NCBI RefSeq assembly: GCF_000803625.1
Contig: NZ_CP007496.1
Span: forward strand, 360,001-392,000
Length of the DNA: 32,000 nucleotides
Direction: 5' to 3'
Origin: Candidatus Nanosynbacter lyticus
GTDB taxonomy: Bacteria; Patescibacteriota; Saccharimonadia; Saccharimonadales; Saccharimonadaceae
Shown here: piece by piece, positions 15,931 to 24,082 of the stretch
How the letters are laid out: every line of letters starts with the position of its first letter
Position numbering within the stretch: the first letter of the stretch is position 1
Notes under the pieces: model-generated
Told to the model about the DNA's origin: nothing
Database searches by the model: none
Seen by the model: the letters and a program-made list of their open reading frames with translations, nothing else
Translations under genes and position numbers: made by a program

Positions 15931-18453
15931 CTAGCTTTGAGCCGGCGGATTTTTAGATTCATCAACCTCTGAAATCGACCCAGTAGGCGGATAATTGCCT
16001 GAAGCCTGAATAGGCGCCGGTGGGTACTGGCCTGGCGATTGTTGATAATAACCCTGCGGCGGATATTGTTGTGAAGGCATAGGACTCTGCTGTGATGGAT
16101 ATTGCTGTGGGGACACAGGACCTTGCTGATAGACCTGTTGCTGATACGGCAACTGCTGCGGATACTGGCCGACTACATACTGCGGGTAGGCATTAAATTT
16201 TCGACGACTACTGACGGAAACGATAATGGCAATAATTGACACTATCAAGAATAATGCTCCCGTAGAGGCAATTACCACAACTACTACAACCATCACAGTG
16301 TCATTGTCCGTCTTATCTGTCTCGGACTTTTTATTCGCCCCAGCATCTGCTACGCCACCAGGCTCTTTGTCAGACTTTTTAGGTTCTACATAATCATCTG
16401 GTGTATTAGAAGCTACATCAATCATCTTTGTGACTAGATAATTGCCGGAGTATTTTTTATCAAGCTTCTCAAACTTATCTTTCGCCTTAGAATATTTACC
16501 CTGAGAGAAATCCTCTAAACCATCTTTCCATAGTTTAGTTAATTCGCCTTCAGACGAAAGCTTAACATTATTTTTCTTAGCCATGCTTTTCAGGTCGGCA
16601 ATATCACGGAAAACGCCACTTCCAAAACATGAATTATTCTTTTTATCACTGTTTGCACAGGCTGCACCACCATAAGTATTCAGCCCTATTTGCTTACCAT
16701 CTTTATCAAAAGCCGGACCGCCACTATTTCCAGCGGCAATTTGTGCCGTCATCGAGAATAATTTGTGACCACCAGCGTCTCTTCTCATGCCACTGACACT
16801 ACCCTGAGTTACTGTTGGCACAGTCTTAGCTTGCTTTGTTTGTGTGCCATTATCAACAACTGCTGGATAGCCAATTGCCGTTACCTGATCACCCTGAGAC
16901 AAACCATTACTATCACCTAAGTCAACTGCCGGGAATCTACCGTCAATCTTTAAAATTGCCACATCGGTTTTGTCGCTATTTAAATCCATCCTAGCCTGTC
17001 GCAAATTGACTTCTGCATCAATCTTCTTAGCGCTAACATTGGTCGGGGTCTTCTTCCATCTCGAAATTTCCGGATTACTTCTATCATGAACAATCGGGTC
17101 ATTTGAGGTCTGAATAATATAATCATATCGATCATTTTCTGACCGAATATTATCAATCGGCACGTTATCAATAAGACCTTGGATAGCTGCCGTTGCAGAC
17201 TGATCACCGCCCTGTGATTTTTTTATTAGATCAACTAGGGCTTGTCTGGTTATATAGCCAGCATTTATCATGAAATGACAATAAGTGTCCCACTGCTCTC
17301 TTGACCGCAGCCCCCTGATCATACTCTGGTTGGCGACTTCTGTCACATGGCCGTTTGTAGCAATATAGCCATCATCCGAAACAATTGAGCCGCTACCAAT
17401 CCCTCCAGTACACAGACCATTTAATCGCATAGTAGCACCATTTTGAGCTGTGTATATCATATCAGCGCAACGAATTGTCCCGACACGAACTGTAGAGATT
17501 TGGTTCCTAGCTACCACTTTAATAATAGATTTCTCATCTAAAGAATTTAGGGTATTTGTGGTATTCTTATCCTTCGAGAAATTCTCTACCTTAGCTAGGC
17601 TTATTCCCGAATCAGCCAGATGACCACTTCCGTCATTAGCGCTAACCAGATAACTCTCGTCTGGTTGATGGAAAGTAACAGCTCCCACTAACGATTCCAG
17701 CTGATCAATGTACGGCTGCATATATGCATTCTTGCTCAGCGCAAATATCGATATCCAGTAAGGTCTACCATTCTGGACAGTCATATATATTGTGCTCTCA
17801 CCAGTTTTCTGCCACTTACCGTCATAGGTACTTCCATAATCCACGACCAGTTTCTTAAACTGCAGACCAGAAATTGTCACATCGCCAGTGTGATATTTCA
17901 TATTTGGGTCTTTTTTCTTACGGCTATTGATATCGCCCTGAAGCAGCAGGTCTAAGTCGGAATATTTCTTAGTATCCTTATACTCATCGGGCATCGTCGA
18001 GCGGTCAAAATAGTTCTTCTTGCGCGAAGTTGTAATCGAAAGCTCTGGCATAATTTTCGTAAGTGAAAAGTTGCCATCTTTCTTATCTTTCTCTGGGTTC
18101 TGCCGATATATCAATTTAAGAATTGCGTAAGCGCGGCTTTCATTTAGTTCATCTTCACTGTATAAGTCGGCACGATATTCCTTACTGTTAGATTCTTTGC
18201 GAAGAACGTGGCCTTCACCAACAAACGTCTCCTTATCATATTGCAACGAAAATCCGTACTTAGAGACAACCTTACGATAATGCTGAGAGTTTTCCTCAGA
18301 AAGTAAGTCCTGAATCTTCTTCTTTGCTGAGCTACTAACGCCGGACGAACGATTATTATTAAGAACAACCACCCCAATAATGATTGAGATTAAAAAGATT
18401 ACACCTAGGACAATTGCTAAGATTCTTAATTTCTTAATTGATTTTTGATTCAT
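15931..18453 (-). CDS. Double-pass membrane protein with an extracytoplasmic trypsin-like (S1 / HtrA-like fold) serine protease domain and a cytoplasmic Gln/Pro/Tyr-rich tail
   Basis: 840 aa. TM1 is ILAIVLGVIFLISIIIGVVVL (aa 11-31). Catalytic triad candidates: His369 (YIATNGHVTE), Asp497 (KTDVAILKI), Ser577 (AAGNSGGPAFD). TM2 is VMVVVVVVIASTGALFLIVSIIAIIVSV (aa 720-747). The tail covers aa 748-840. Confidence 0.8.
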   Translation of the reverse strand: MNQKSIKKLRILAIVLGVIFLISIIIGVVVLNNNRSSGVSSSAKKKIQDLLSEENSQHYRKVVSKYGFSLQYDKETFVGEGHVLRKESNSKEYRADLYSEDELNESRAYAILKLIYRQNPEKDKKDGNFSLTKIMPELSITTSRKKNYFDRSTMPDEYKDTKKYSDLDLLLQGDINSRKKKDPNMKYHTGDVTISGLQFKKLVVDYGSTYDGKWQKTGESTIYMTVQNGRPYWISIFALSKNAYMQPYIDQLESLVGAVTFHQPDESYLVSANDGSGHLADSGISLAKVENFSKDKNTTNTLNSLDEKSIIKVVARNQISTVRVGTIRCADMIYTAQNGATMRLNGLCTGGIGSGSIVSDDGYIATNGHVTEVANQSMIRGLRSREQWDTYCHFMINAGYITRQALVDLIKKSQGGDQSATAAIQGLIDNVPIDNIRSENDRYDYIIQTSNDPIVHDRSNPEISRWKKTPTNVSAKKIDAEVNLRQARMDLNSDKTDVAILKIDGRFPAVDLGDSNGLSQGDQVTAIGYPAVVDNGTQTKQAKTVPTVTQGSVSGMRRDAGGHKLFSMTAQIAAGNSGGPAFDKDGKQIGLNTYGGAACANSDKKNNSCFGSGVFRDIADLKSMAKKNNVKLSSEGELTKLWKDGLEDFSQGKYSKAKDKFEKLDKKYSGNYLVTKMIDVASNTPDDYVEPKKSDKEPGGVADAGANKKSETDKTDNDTVMVVVVVVIASTGALFLIVSIIAIIVSVSSRRKFNAYPQYVVGQYPQQLPYQQQVYQQGPVSPQQYPSQQSPMPSQQYPPQGYYQQSPGQYPPAPIQASGNYPPTGSISEVDESKNPPAQS

Positions 18454-18465
18454 TTTATTACTACC

Positions 18466-18960
18466 TTACCTATAATTCACAAATTGCAGCGGCGTGTCAT
18501 AATCATTTTCACGCACTAAACTAATGACTTTTTGTAATTCATCTTTTGAAGCAGAGGTAACGCGGACGAGGTCGCCCTGGATTTGCGGTTTGGCCTTTGG
18601 AGCGTTGGTGCGAATATCTGCAGCAATCCGCTTTGCCATCGCTTGATCAAGACCCTGCTTAAACGGTATCTCCCAAGTAGTCTTCAGATTTGAAGTAACT
18701 TTTTCCTTAGTGAGGTCTAGAGATTTGCTTGACTGACCACGAGCCGCCAATTTCTTACGCACAATATCCAGTACCGCGTCAACCTGCCACTCATTATCAC
18801 CAGTGAGCTTCAAGCCTTTTTTATCATCCAGCCAGTCAATTCCAGCACTCGTCCCCTTAAAATCGTACCGCCCTTGGATTTCTTTTTCCGCCTGCATGAA
18901 TACGTTGTTCATCTCAGCTTTGTCAATTTCTGACACAATATCAAATGAAAAACTTGCCAT
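18466..18960 (-). CDS. yajQ: YajQ family (UPF0234) nucleotide-binding protein
   Basis: 164 aa. MASFSFDIVSEIDKAEMNNVFMQAEKEIQGRYDFKGTSAGIDW matches the YajQ N-terminus from recall. SD AGGAGGATAA before the ATG. 12 nt upstream of the protease gene. Confidence 0.8.
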   Translation of the reverse strand: MASFSFDIVSEIDKAEMNNVFMQAEKEIQGRYDFKGTSAGIDWLDDKKGLKLTGDNEWQVDAVLDIVRKKLAARGQSSKSLDLTKEKVTSNLKTTWEIPFKQGLDQAMAKRIAADIRTNAPKAKPQIQGDLVRVTSASKDELQKVISLVRENDYDTPLQFVNYR

Positions 18961-18979
18961 TTATCCTCCTGTTTTCTCT

Positions 18980-18988
18980 ATTATAGCA
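18980..18988 (-). promoter_or_regulatory. Extended -10 box TGCTATAAT for yajQ-protease
   Basis: Minus strand reads TTTTTGCTATAAT. The box begins inside the U-tract of the rpsG terminator, 19 nt before the yajQ ATG region. Confidence 0.45.
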
Positions 18989-19017
18989 AAAATCGCCCCT
19001 TCTACGGAGCGATTTTC
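18987..19017 (-). terminator. Rho-independent terminator after rpsG
   Basis: Minus-strand RNA AUCGCUCC-GUAGAA-GGGGCGAU (8 bp, one G.U pair) followed by UUUUUGCU. Confidence 0.7.
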
Positions 19018-19039
19018 TAATTTTGCGTTTAGGCAACGA

Positions 19040-19519
19040 TTAGCCGCGAGCAAAGTGCGCAAAGGCACGGTTAGCTTCAGCCATCTTGTGAGTGTCTTCC
19101 TTCTTCTTGAAGGCAGCACCAGATTCGTTGTAAGCGTCAACGATTTCCAGTGCCAAACGCTGTGAGTATGGCATACCGCTGCGAGCACGGGCTGATTGCA
19201 CCAGCCAGCTAAACGCGTAGTGCAACTGACGGTGTCCCTGAACTGGGAACGGAATCTGGTAGTTAGCACCACCAACACGGCGGCTCTTCACTTCAAAGTT
19301 TGGACTGACGTTTTTCAATGCTTTCTCAAACACTGCCAGTGGATCTTCTGAATCCAATTTCTTAGCAGCCGTTTCCAGTGCGGTGTAAACAGCGCGCTCG
19401 GCCGCCAATTTCTTGCCGTCCAACATTGACTTGTTGATCAAACGCTGCACCAACACGCTTTGGTAGCGGCGGTCAGGTTGCAATTGGCGTTGTAGTTTTT
19501 TGGTAACTTTACGAGGCAT
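19040..19519 (-). CDS. rpsG: 30S ribosomal protein S7
   Basis: 159 aa. MPRKVTKKLQRQLQPDRRYQS...NYQIPFPV...SWLVQSAR, typical S7. Follows rpsL. Confidence 0.95.
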   Translation of the reverse strand: MPRKVTKKLQRQLQPDRRYQSVLVQRLINKSMLDGKKLAAERAVYTALETAAKKLDSEDPLAVFEKALKNVSPNFEVKSRRVGGANYQIPFPVQGHRQLHYAFSWLVQSARARSGMPYSQRLALEIVDAYNESGAAFKKKEDTHKMAEANRAFAHFARG

Positions 19520-19521
19520 GA

Positions 19522-19935
19522 TTACTTATCCCCTTTCTTGGTACCGTACTTCGAACGGCCCCGCTTGCGGTTGTTGACACCCTGGAGGTCCAACGCGCCA
19601 CGGACAATGTGATAACGCACACCTGGAAGGTCAGGCACACGACCACCGCGGATTAAGACCACAGCGTGCTCCTGCAAGTTATGGCCTTCACCACCGATGT
19701 AAGCCCAGACTTCGTAGCCGTTGTTTAGTTTCACGCGGGCAACTTTACGCAAAGCCGAGTTTGGTTTCTTTGGCGTCTTGGTCGTCACACGCACACAAAC
19801 ACCACGCTTGAGCGGTGCATTCTGGTCGTAGTAACGCGTTTTCAGGGCGTTATGAATACGACCCAGTGCTGGCGACTTGGACTTTTTCTTAGCCGTTTGA
19901 CGCGGTTTACGCACCAATTGGTTGATAGTTGGCAT
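19522..19935 (-). CDS. rpsL: 30S ribosomal protein S12
   Basis: ORF 19522-20013 trimmed to ATG 19935 ([13 protein letters not shown]...), preceded by [31 protein letters not shown] motif. Confidence 0.95.
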   Translation of the reverse strand: MPTINQLVRKPRQTAKKKSKSPALGRIHNALKTRYYDQNAPLKRGVCVRVTTKTPKKPNSALRKVARVKLNNGYEVWAYIGGEGHNLQEHAVVLIRGGRVPDLPGVRYHIVRGALDLQGVNNRKRGRSKYGTKKGDK

Positions 19936-20149
19936 CCAATTTCTCCTTGGTTTATTTACTAATACTGGCGATATTCGCCTAATGGCTCTAGCGGGCTGGT
20001 GTGGCATTGACACGAAAAAACCAGCTTCTCTTAGCGCCTACGGCTTGGATTCAGCAACTCCGCCCCGTGTCTATACCTTTTCTGCCGAGCATGCAGCCTG
20101 TACACATTCAAACCACCGCGCGCCCCGAAAAGAGGAAACTCTGTGAAAG

Positions 20150-20158
20150 ATTATAGCA
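20150..20158 (-). promoter_or_regulatory. Extended -10 box TGCTATAAT upstream of rpsL-rpsG
   Basis: Minus strand reads TGCTATAAT, 27 nt after the rpoC terminator stem. It leaves a roughly 200-nt leader before the rpsL ATG. Confidence 0.45.
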
Positions 20159-20180
20159 TAGATTACACGCAATTGCTATA

Positions 20181-20215
20181 GAAAAACCGCCCCGTACCCA
20201 TCGGAGCGGTTTTCT
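20181..20215 (-). terminator. Rho-independent terminator after rpoC
   Basis: Minus-strand RNA ACCGCUCCG-AUGGGUA-CGGGGCGGU (9 bp, one G.U pair) followed by UUUUUCU, about 20 nt after the rpoC stop. Confidence 0.7.
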
Positions 20216-20235
20216 GAGAAAAGAAGCTGGTTGGC

Positions 20236-23200
20236 TTATGCAGCCACGACCAATTCCTCTTCCTGGTTGTCAGCGAACTCGTCCTCGCTTGGCTCGTCGG
20301 TTTCCGTCTCTTCGACGGCGCCAGTTCCCACTGGAATCTTGCGGCCGATGATGACGTTTTCTTTGAGGCCATGCAAGTGGTCAGCGCGGCCAGATACGGC
20401 AGCGTTGATCAAGACGCGAGTGGTGTCTTGGAAGGACGCAGCTGATAGCCATGAGTCGCTCCAGATGGACACCTTGGTGATACCGAGTAGCAACTGGGTG
20501 TAGCTGATGAGGTTTTTACCCTCAGCGGCTAGTTGCTTATTGGTGTTCACCACCGCAGCCTTGGAGACGATGTCGCCAGTCACGAAGTCGCTATCACCCG
20601 CATCTTCGATCTGGACGCGACTGAACATCTGGCGAACGATGATCTCCAGGTGCTTGTCGGCCACGTCTTGACCCTGAGCGGCGTAAATACGCAGCACTTC
20701 GTTGATGATGTAGCGCTGAGTTACCTCGACACCCTTCAGGCGCATCAAGTCGTGCAGGTTCAATGAACCGGCCGTCAAGCGGTCGCCAGCTTCGACGACG
20801 TCGTTAGCCTTGACAACCAATTGCATGGTGCCTGGGATTTCGTAACGAGCTGGTGCGCCAGCTTCAGCAGCGATAACCAAGGTGTCTTCAGCTGCTTCAA
20901 CCACACCGTCAAATGGTGCAATCAATGGACGAGCGTCATCTTCGCCAGTTGCCAGCACGTCGCCGGCCTTGACGCTTGAACCGGCCTTGACCACGATGGT
21001 TCGGCCATCTAGTGGCAAGCGCTCAACGTTGCCGGATTCTGGGGTAACTTGGACGATGTATTTCTTGCCATCTTCCCAAACGTCAACTAACCCGGCAATT
21101 TCCGTAACAAACGCCTGACCCTTTGGTGTGCGCGCCTCAAACAATTCTTCAACACGCGGCAGACCCTGGGTGATGTCACCACCGGCCACACCAGAGTTGT
21201 GGAAGGTACGCAATGTCAGCTGAGTACCCGGCTCACCGACTGACTGAGCAGCGATGACACCGACTGGCTGATGATTACCGACCAATTTACCAGTTGACAT
21301 ATCAACACCGTAGCTGCGCTGCGGGATGCCGTTGAGGTTATTGGTCGACAAGACTGATTGAATCTTGACACTTTGGATACTTTCATCATCATCAATTGAG
21401 TCAGCGATTTCACGAGTGATCAATTCGTCCTTGTTGACGTGACCTGGAATTGTCTCGGCGGCGTAACGACCAGCCAAGCGGTTCGAGAAGTCGATCATCG
21501 TTTCCTCAGTTTCTGAACGGTAGATTGCGTAACCTTCGTCGTCACCTTCAACGTCCTCAACCGTGAAGACGTCCTGCGCCACGTCGACCAAACGACGAGT
21601 CAGGTAGCCTGAGTCAGCAGTCTTGAGCGCGGTGTCGATCAGACCCTTACGTGCACCACGTGTTGCCACAAAGGCCTCAAGGCTGGACAAACCACCGGTG
21701 TAGGAGCTACGGATTGGCAGCTCAATTTCGTGGTTGGTTGCGTCCATCTGGATACCGATCATGGCGCTCGCCAGCTTCACGTTGGAAATATCACCACGAG
21801 CACCAGAGTTGACCATCATGGAAATACTGGTGTCCATGTGTGCTAGCTGTTCCTTCAAGAACGCGGTAATCTTATTGTCGACGTTTCGCCATGCGCTCAC
21901 TGTCAAGTTGTAACGCTCTTCTTCGGTGATCAGACCTTGGTCGAACTGCTCAGAAATCAAAGCTCCCTTAGCATCACCTTCTGCCACGAACTCAGAAATT
22001 TCATCAAAGTGAACGTAGTCAGTCATACCGGTTGACACGGCCGCAGTTGTCGCAAAGCGGAAAGCTTGCCCCTTCATGCGGTCAGCGATTTTAGCAGTCT
22101 CCTCGGCACCATACTTGTTAAAGATTTGTGCCAATACCTTCTTCAGCTGCTTCTTCGTCTGAACATTGTTGTCATACGGGAAGTCCTCTGGCAGAATCTC
22201 ATTAAAGAAGACACGGCCCAAAGTTGTCTGGCGCATTTCGCCCTTGGCAAAAATACGGATTGGGGTTTGCAATTGAATTGCACCCTTGTCGTACGCCATC
22301 TCTGCCTCGTAGACAGAGCTGTAGGTTTTGACATCGTCAGTCTGAGCTTGCGGCTTGTCGTAAGTTAGATAATAGTTACCCAGCACGATATCCTGTGAGA
22401 TGTGCAGCACCGGCGCACCATCAGCAGGCTTCAACAAGTTGGCGGTTGCGCTCATCAATTCGCGAGCCTCAGCCTGTGCTTCTTTGGAGAGTGGCAAGTG
22501 AACGGCCATCTGGTCACCGTCGAAGTCAGCGTTAAATCCAGCACAAACTAGTGGATGTAGTTGGATAGCTTTTCCTTCAACTAGAACTGGCTGAAAGGCC
22601 TGAATTGACAAACGGTGCAAGCTTGGTGCGCGGTTAAGCAGTACGTACTTACCTTCAATCGCTGAATCAAGCGCGTCCCAAACCACTGCCTCGCCAGCCT
22701 CAATTAGGCGTGAAGCTGAGCGAATATTGTGCGCAAATTCGTTCTTAATCAACCAACTAATAACAAACGGCTTGAACAATTCTAGTGCCATTTGCTTTGG
22801 CAAACCACATTGGTGAATCTTCAATTTTGGACCAACCACAATCACCGAACGACCAGAATAGTCAACGCGCTTACCAAGAAGGTTCTGACGGAAGCGACCC
22901 TGCTTACCCTTCAGCATGTCGCTCAAGCTCTTCAAGCTACGGCGACCACCAGTTGAGCTAACGGCGCGACCACGTGATGCTGAATTGTCAATCAAAGCAT
23001 CAACCGCTTCCTGCAGCATGCGCTTTTCATTGCGCTGAATAACTTCTGGTGCATTAAGTTCAATCAACTTCTTCAAGCGGTTGTTGCGGTTAATAATTCG
23101 GCGGTACAAGTCGTTCAAGTCAGATGTCGCAAATCGACCACCAGACAACGCCACCATCGGACGAAGATCCGGAGGAATCACTGGTAGAACCGTCATACAT

Positions 23201-24081
23201 AGGCTAGATGGCTTAATGCCGGCAGCTTCCATACTCTCCAACATCTTCAATCGCTTCAGTAGCTTCTTCTGTCGCTGACCCTTTGCTCCTTCAGCTTCTT
23301 CAGTCAATTCCTCAATTAGCTTTGGCAAATCAATATTATCCAGAAGTGACTTCACTGCGCTAGCACCCATGCCAACCTCAATCAGCTCGTCATACTCTTC
23401 CGGCAAATTGCGATATTCAGTCTCTGAAATCAGCGCGCCCTTATTTAAGCCTTCCAATTGCGACTTCTTACCGACGTAATTTTCTTCCAACTCTTCAACT
23501 TCACGACTCTGCTCTTTAGCTAATTGCTTAACGTCAGCGCCATCTTCCTCGGCCATTTTTTCATAGCGGAGTTTGATAGCTTTACGAGCCAAATCAGTTT
23601 CCGCTTCCAAATCTGCCAAATATTGATCACGAGTTTCTTCGTCAACGTTCAAGATAACGTAAGTTGCAAAGTAAACAATCTTCTCAATATTACGGACCGT
23701 CATGCCGAGGAGCTGACTCATAGCGCTTGGTGTGCCGCGCATAAACCAAATGTGCGCCACTGGTACTGCTAATTGGATGTGGCCCATTCGCTCACGACGA
23801 ACGATTGATTTAGTAACTAGCTCACCGTTCTTATCAACCGCAGCTTCGCGTGAACGTACGCCCTTTAATTTTGAGTCGTGCGGATTGATATCCTTAACCG
23901 GACCGAAGATTCGCTCACAGAACAATCCGTCGCGCTCTGGCTTTTGGGTGCGGTAGTTAATTGTCTCTGGCTTCAAAACCTCGCCGTAGCTCCATTTCAG
24001 AATGTCTTCTGGGCTAGCTACCGCCAAACGAACCGCGTCAAAATCGCTGATGCCCGTTGCGTTAAATGCAGAATTTGCCAT
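20236..24081 (-). CDS. rpoC: DNA-directed RNA polymerase subunit beta prime
   Basis: 1281 aa. Catalytic NADFDGDQMAVH. N-terminal Zn-finger-region context. Starts 1 nt after the rpoB stop. Confidence 0.97.
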   Translation of the reverse strand: MANSAFNATGISDFDAVRLAVASPEDILKWSYGEVLKPETINYRTQKPERDGLFCERIFGPVKDINPHDSKLKGVRSREAAVDKNGELVTKSIVRRERMGHIQLAVPVAHIWFMRGTPSAMSQLLGMTVRNIEKIVYFATYVILNVDEETRDQYLADLEAETDLARKAIKLRYEKMAEEDGADVKQLAKEQSREVEELEENYVGKKSQLEGLNKGALISETEYRNLPEEYDELIEVGMGASAVKSLLDNIDLPKLIEELTEEAEGAKGQRQKKLLKRLKMLESMEAAGIKPSSLCMTVLPVIPPDLRPMVALSGGRFATSDLNDLYRRIINRNNRLKKLIELNAPEVIQRNEKRMLQEAVDALIDNSASRGRAVSSTGGRRSLKSLSDMLKGKQGRFRQNLLGKRVDYSGRSVIVVGPKLKIHQCGLPKQMALELFKPFVISWLIKNEFAHNIRSASRLIEAGEAVVWDALDSAIEGKYVLLNRAPSLHRLSIQAFQPVLVEGKAIQLHPLVCAGFNADFDGDQMAVHLPLSKEAQAEARELMSATANLLKPADGAPVLHISQDIVLGNYYLTYDKPQAQTDDVKTYSSVYEAEMAYDKGAIQLQTPIRIFAKGEMRQTTLGRVFFNEILPEDFPYDNNVQTKKQLKKVLAQIFNKYGAEETAKIADRMKGQAFRFATTAAVSTGMTDYVHFDEISEFVAEGDAKGALISEQFDQGLITEEERYNLTVSAWRNVDNKITAFLKEQLAHMDTSISMMVNSGARGDISNVKLASAMIGIQMDATNHEIELPIRSSYTGGLSSLEAFVATRGARKGLIDTALKTADSGYLTRRLVDVAQDVFTVEDVEGDDEGYAIYRSETEETMIDFSNRLAGRYAAETIPGHVNKDELITREIADSIDDDESIQSVKIQSVLSTNNLNGIPQRSYGVDMSTGKLVGNHQPVGVIAAQSVGEPGTQLTLRTFHNSGVAGGDITQGLPRVEELFEARTPKGQAFVTEIAGLVDVWEDGKKYIVQVTPESGNVERLPLDGRTIVVKAGSSVKAGDVLATGEDDARPLIAPFDGVVEAAEDTLVIAAEAGAPARYEIPGTMQLVVKANDVVEAGDRLTAGSLNLHDLMRLKGVEVTQRYIINEVLRIYAAQGQDVADKHLEIIVRQMFSRVQIEDAGDSDFVTGDIVSKAAVVNTNKQLAAEGKNLISYTQLLLGITKVSIWSDSWLSAASFQDTTRVLINAAVSGRADHLHGLKENVIIGRKIPVGTGAVEETETDEPSEDEFADNQEEELVVAA

Positions 24082-24082
24082 C

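Noticed and set aside
20163-20372. 69-aa minus-strand ORF spanning the rpoC 3' end, the terminator and part of the promoter region.
   Set aside because: It is out of frame within rpoC and runs through the terminator hairpin. It has no SD and its sequence is Ser/Thr/Arg-rich and low in complexity.
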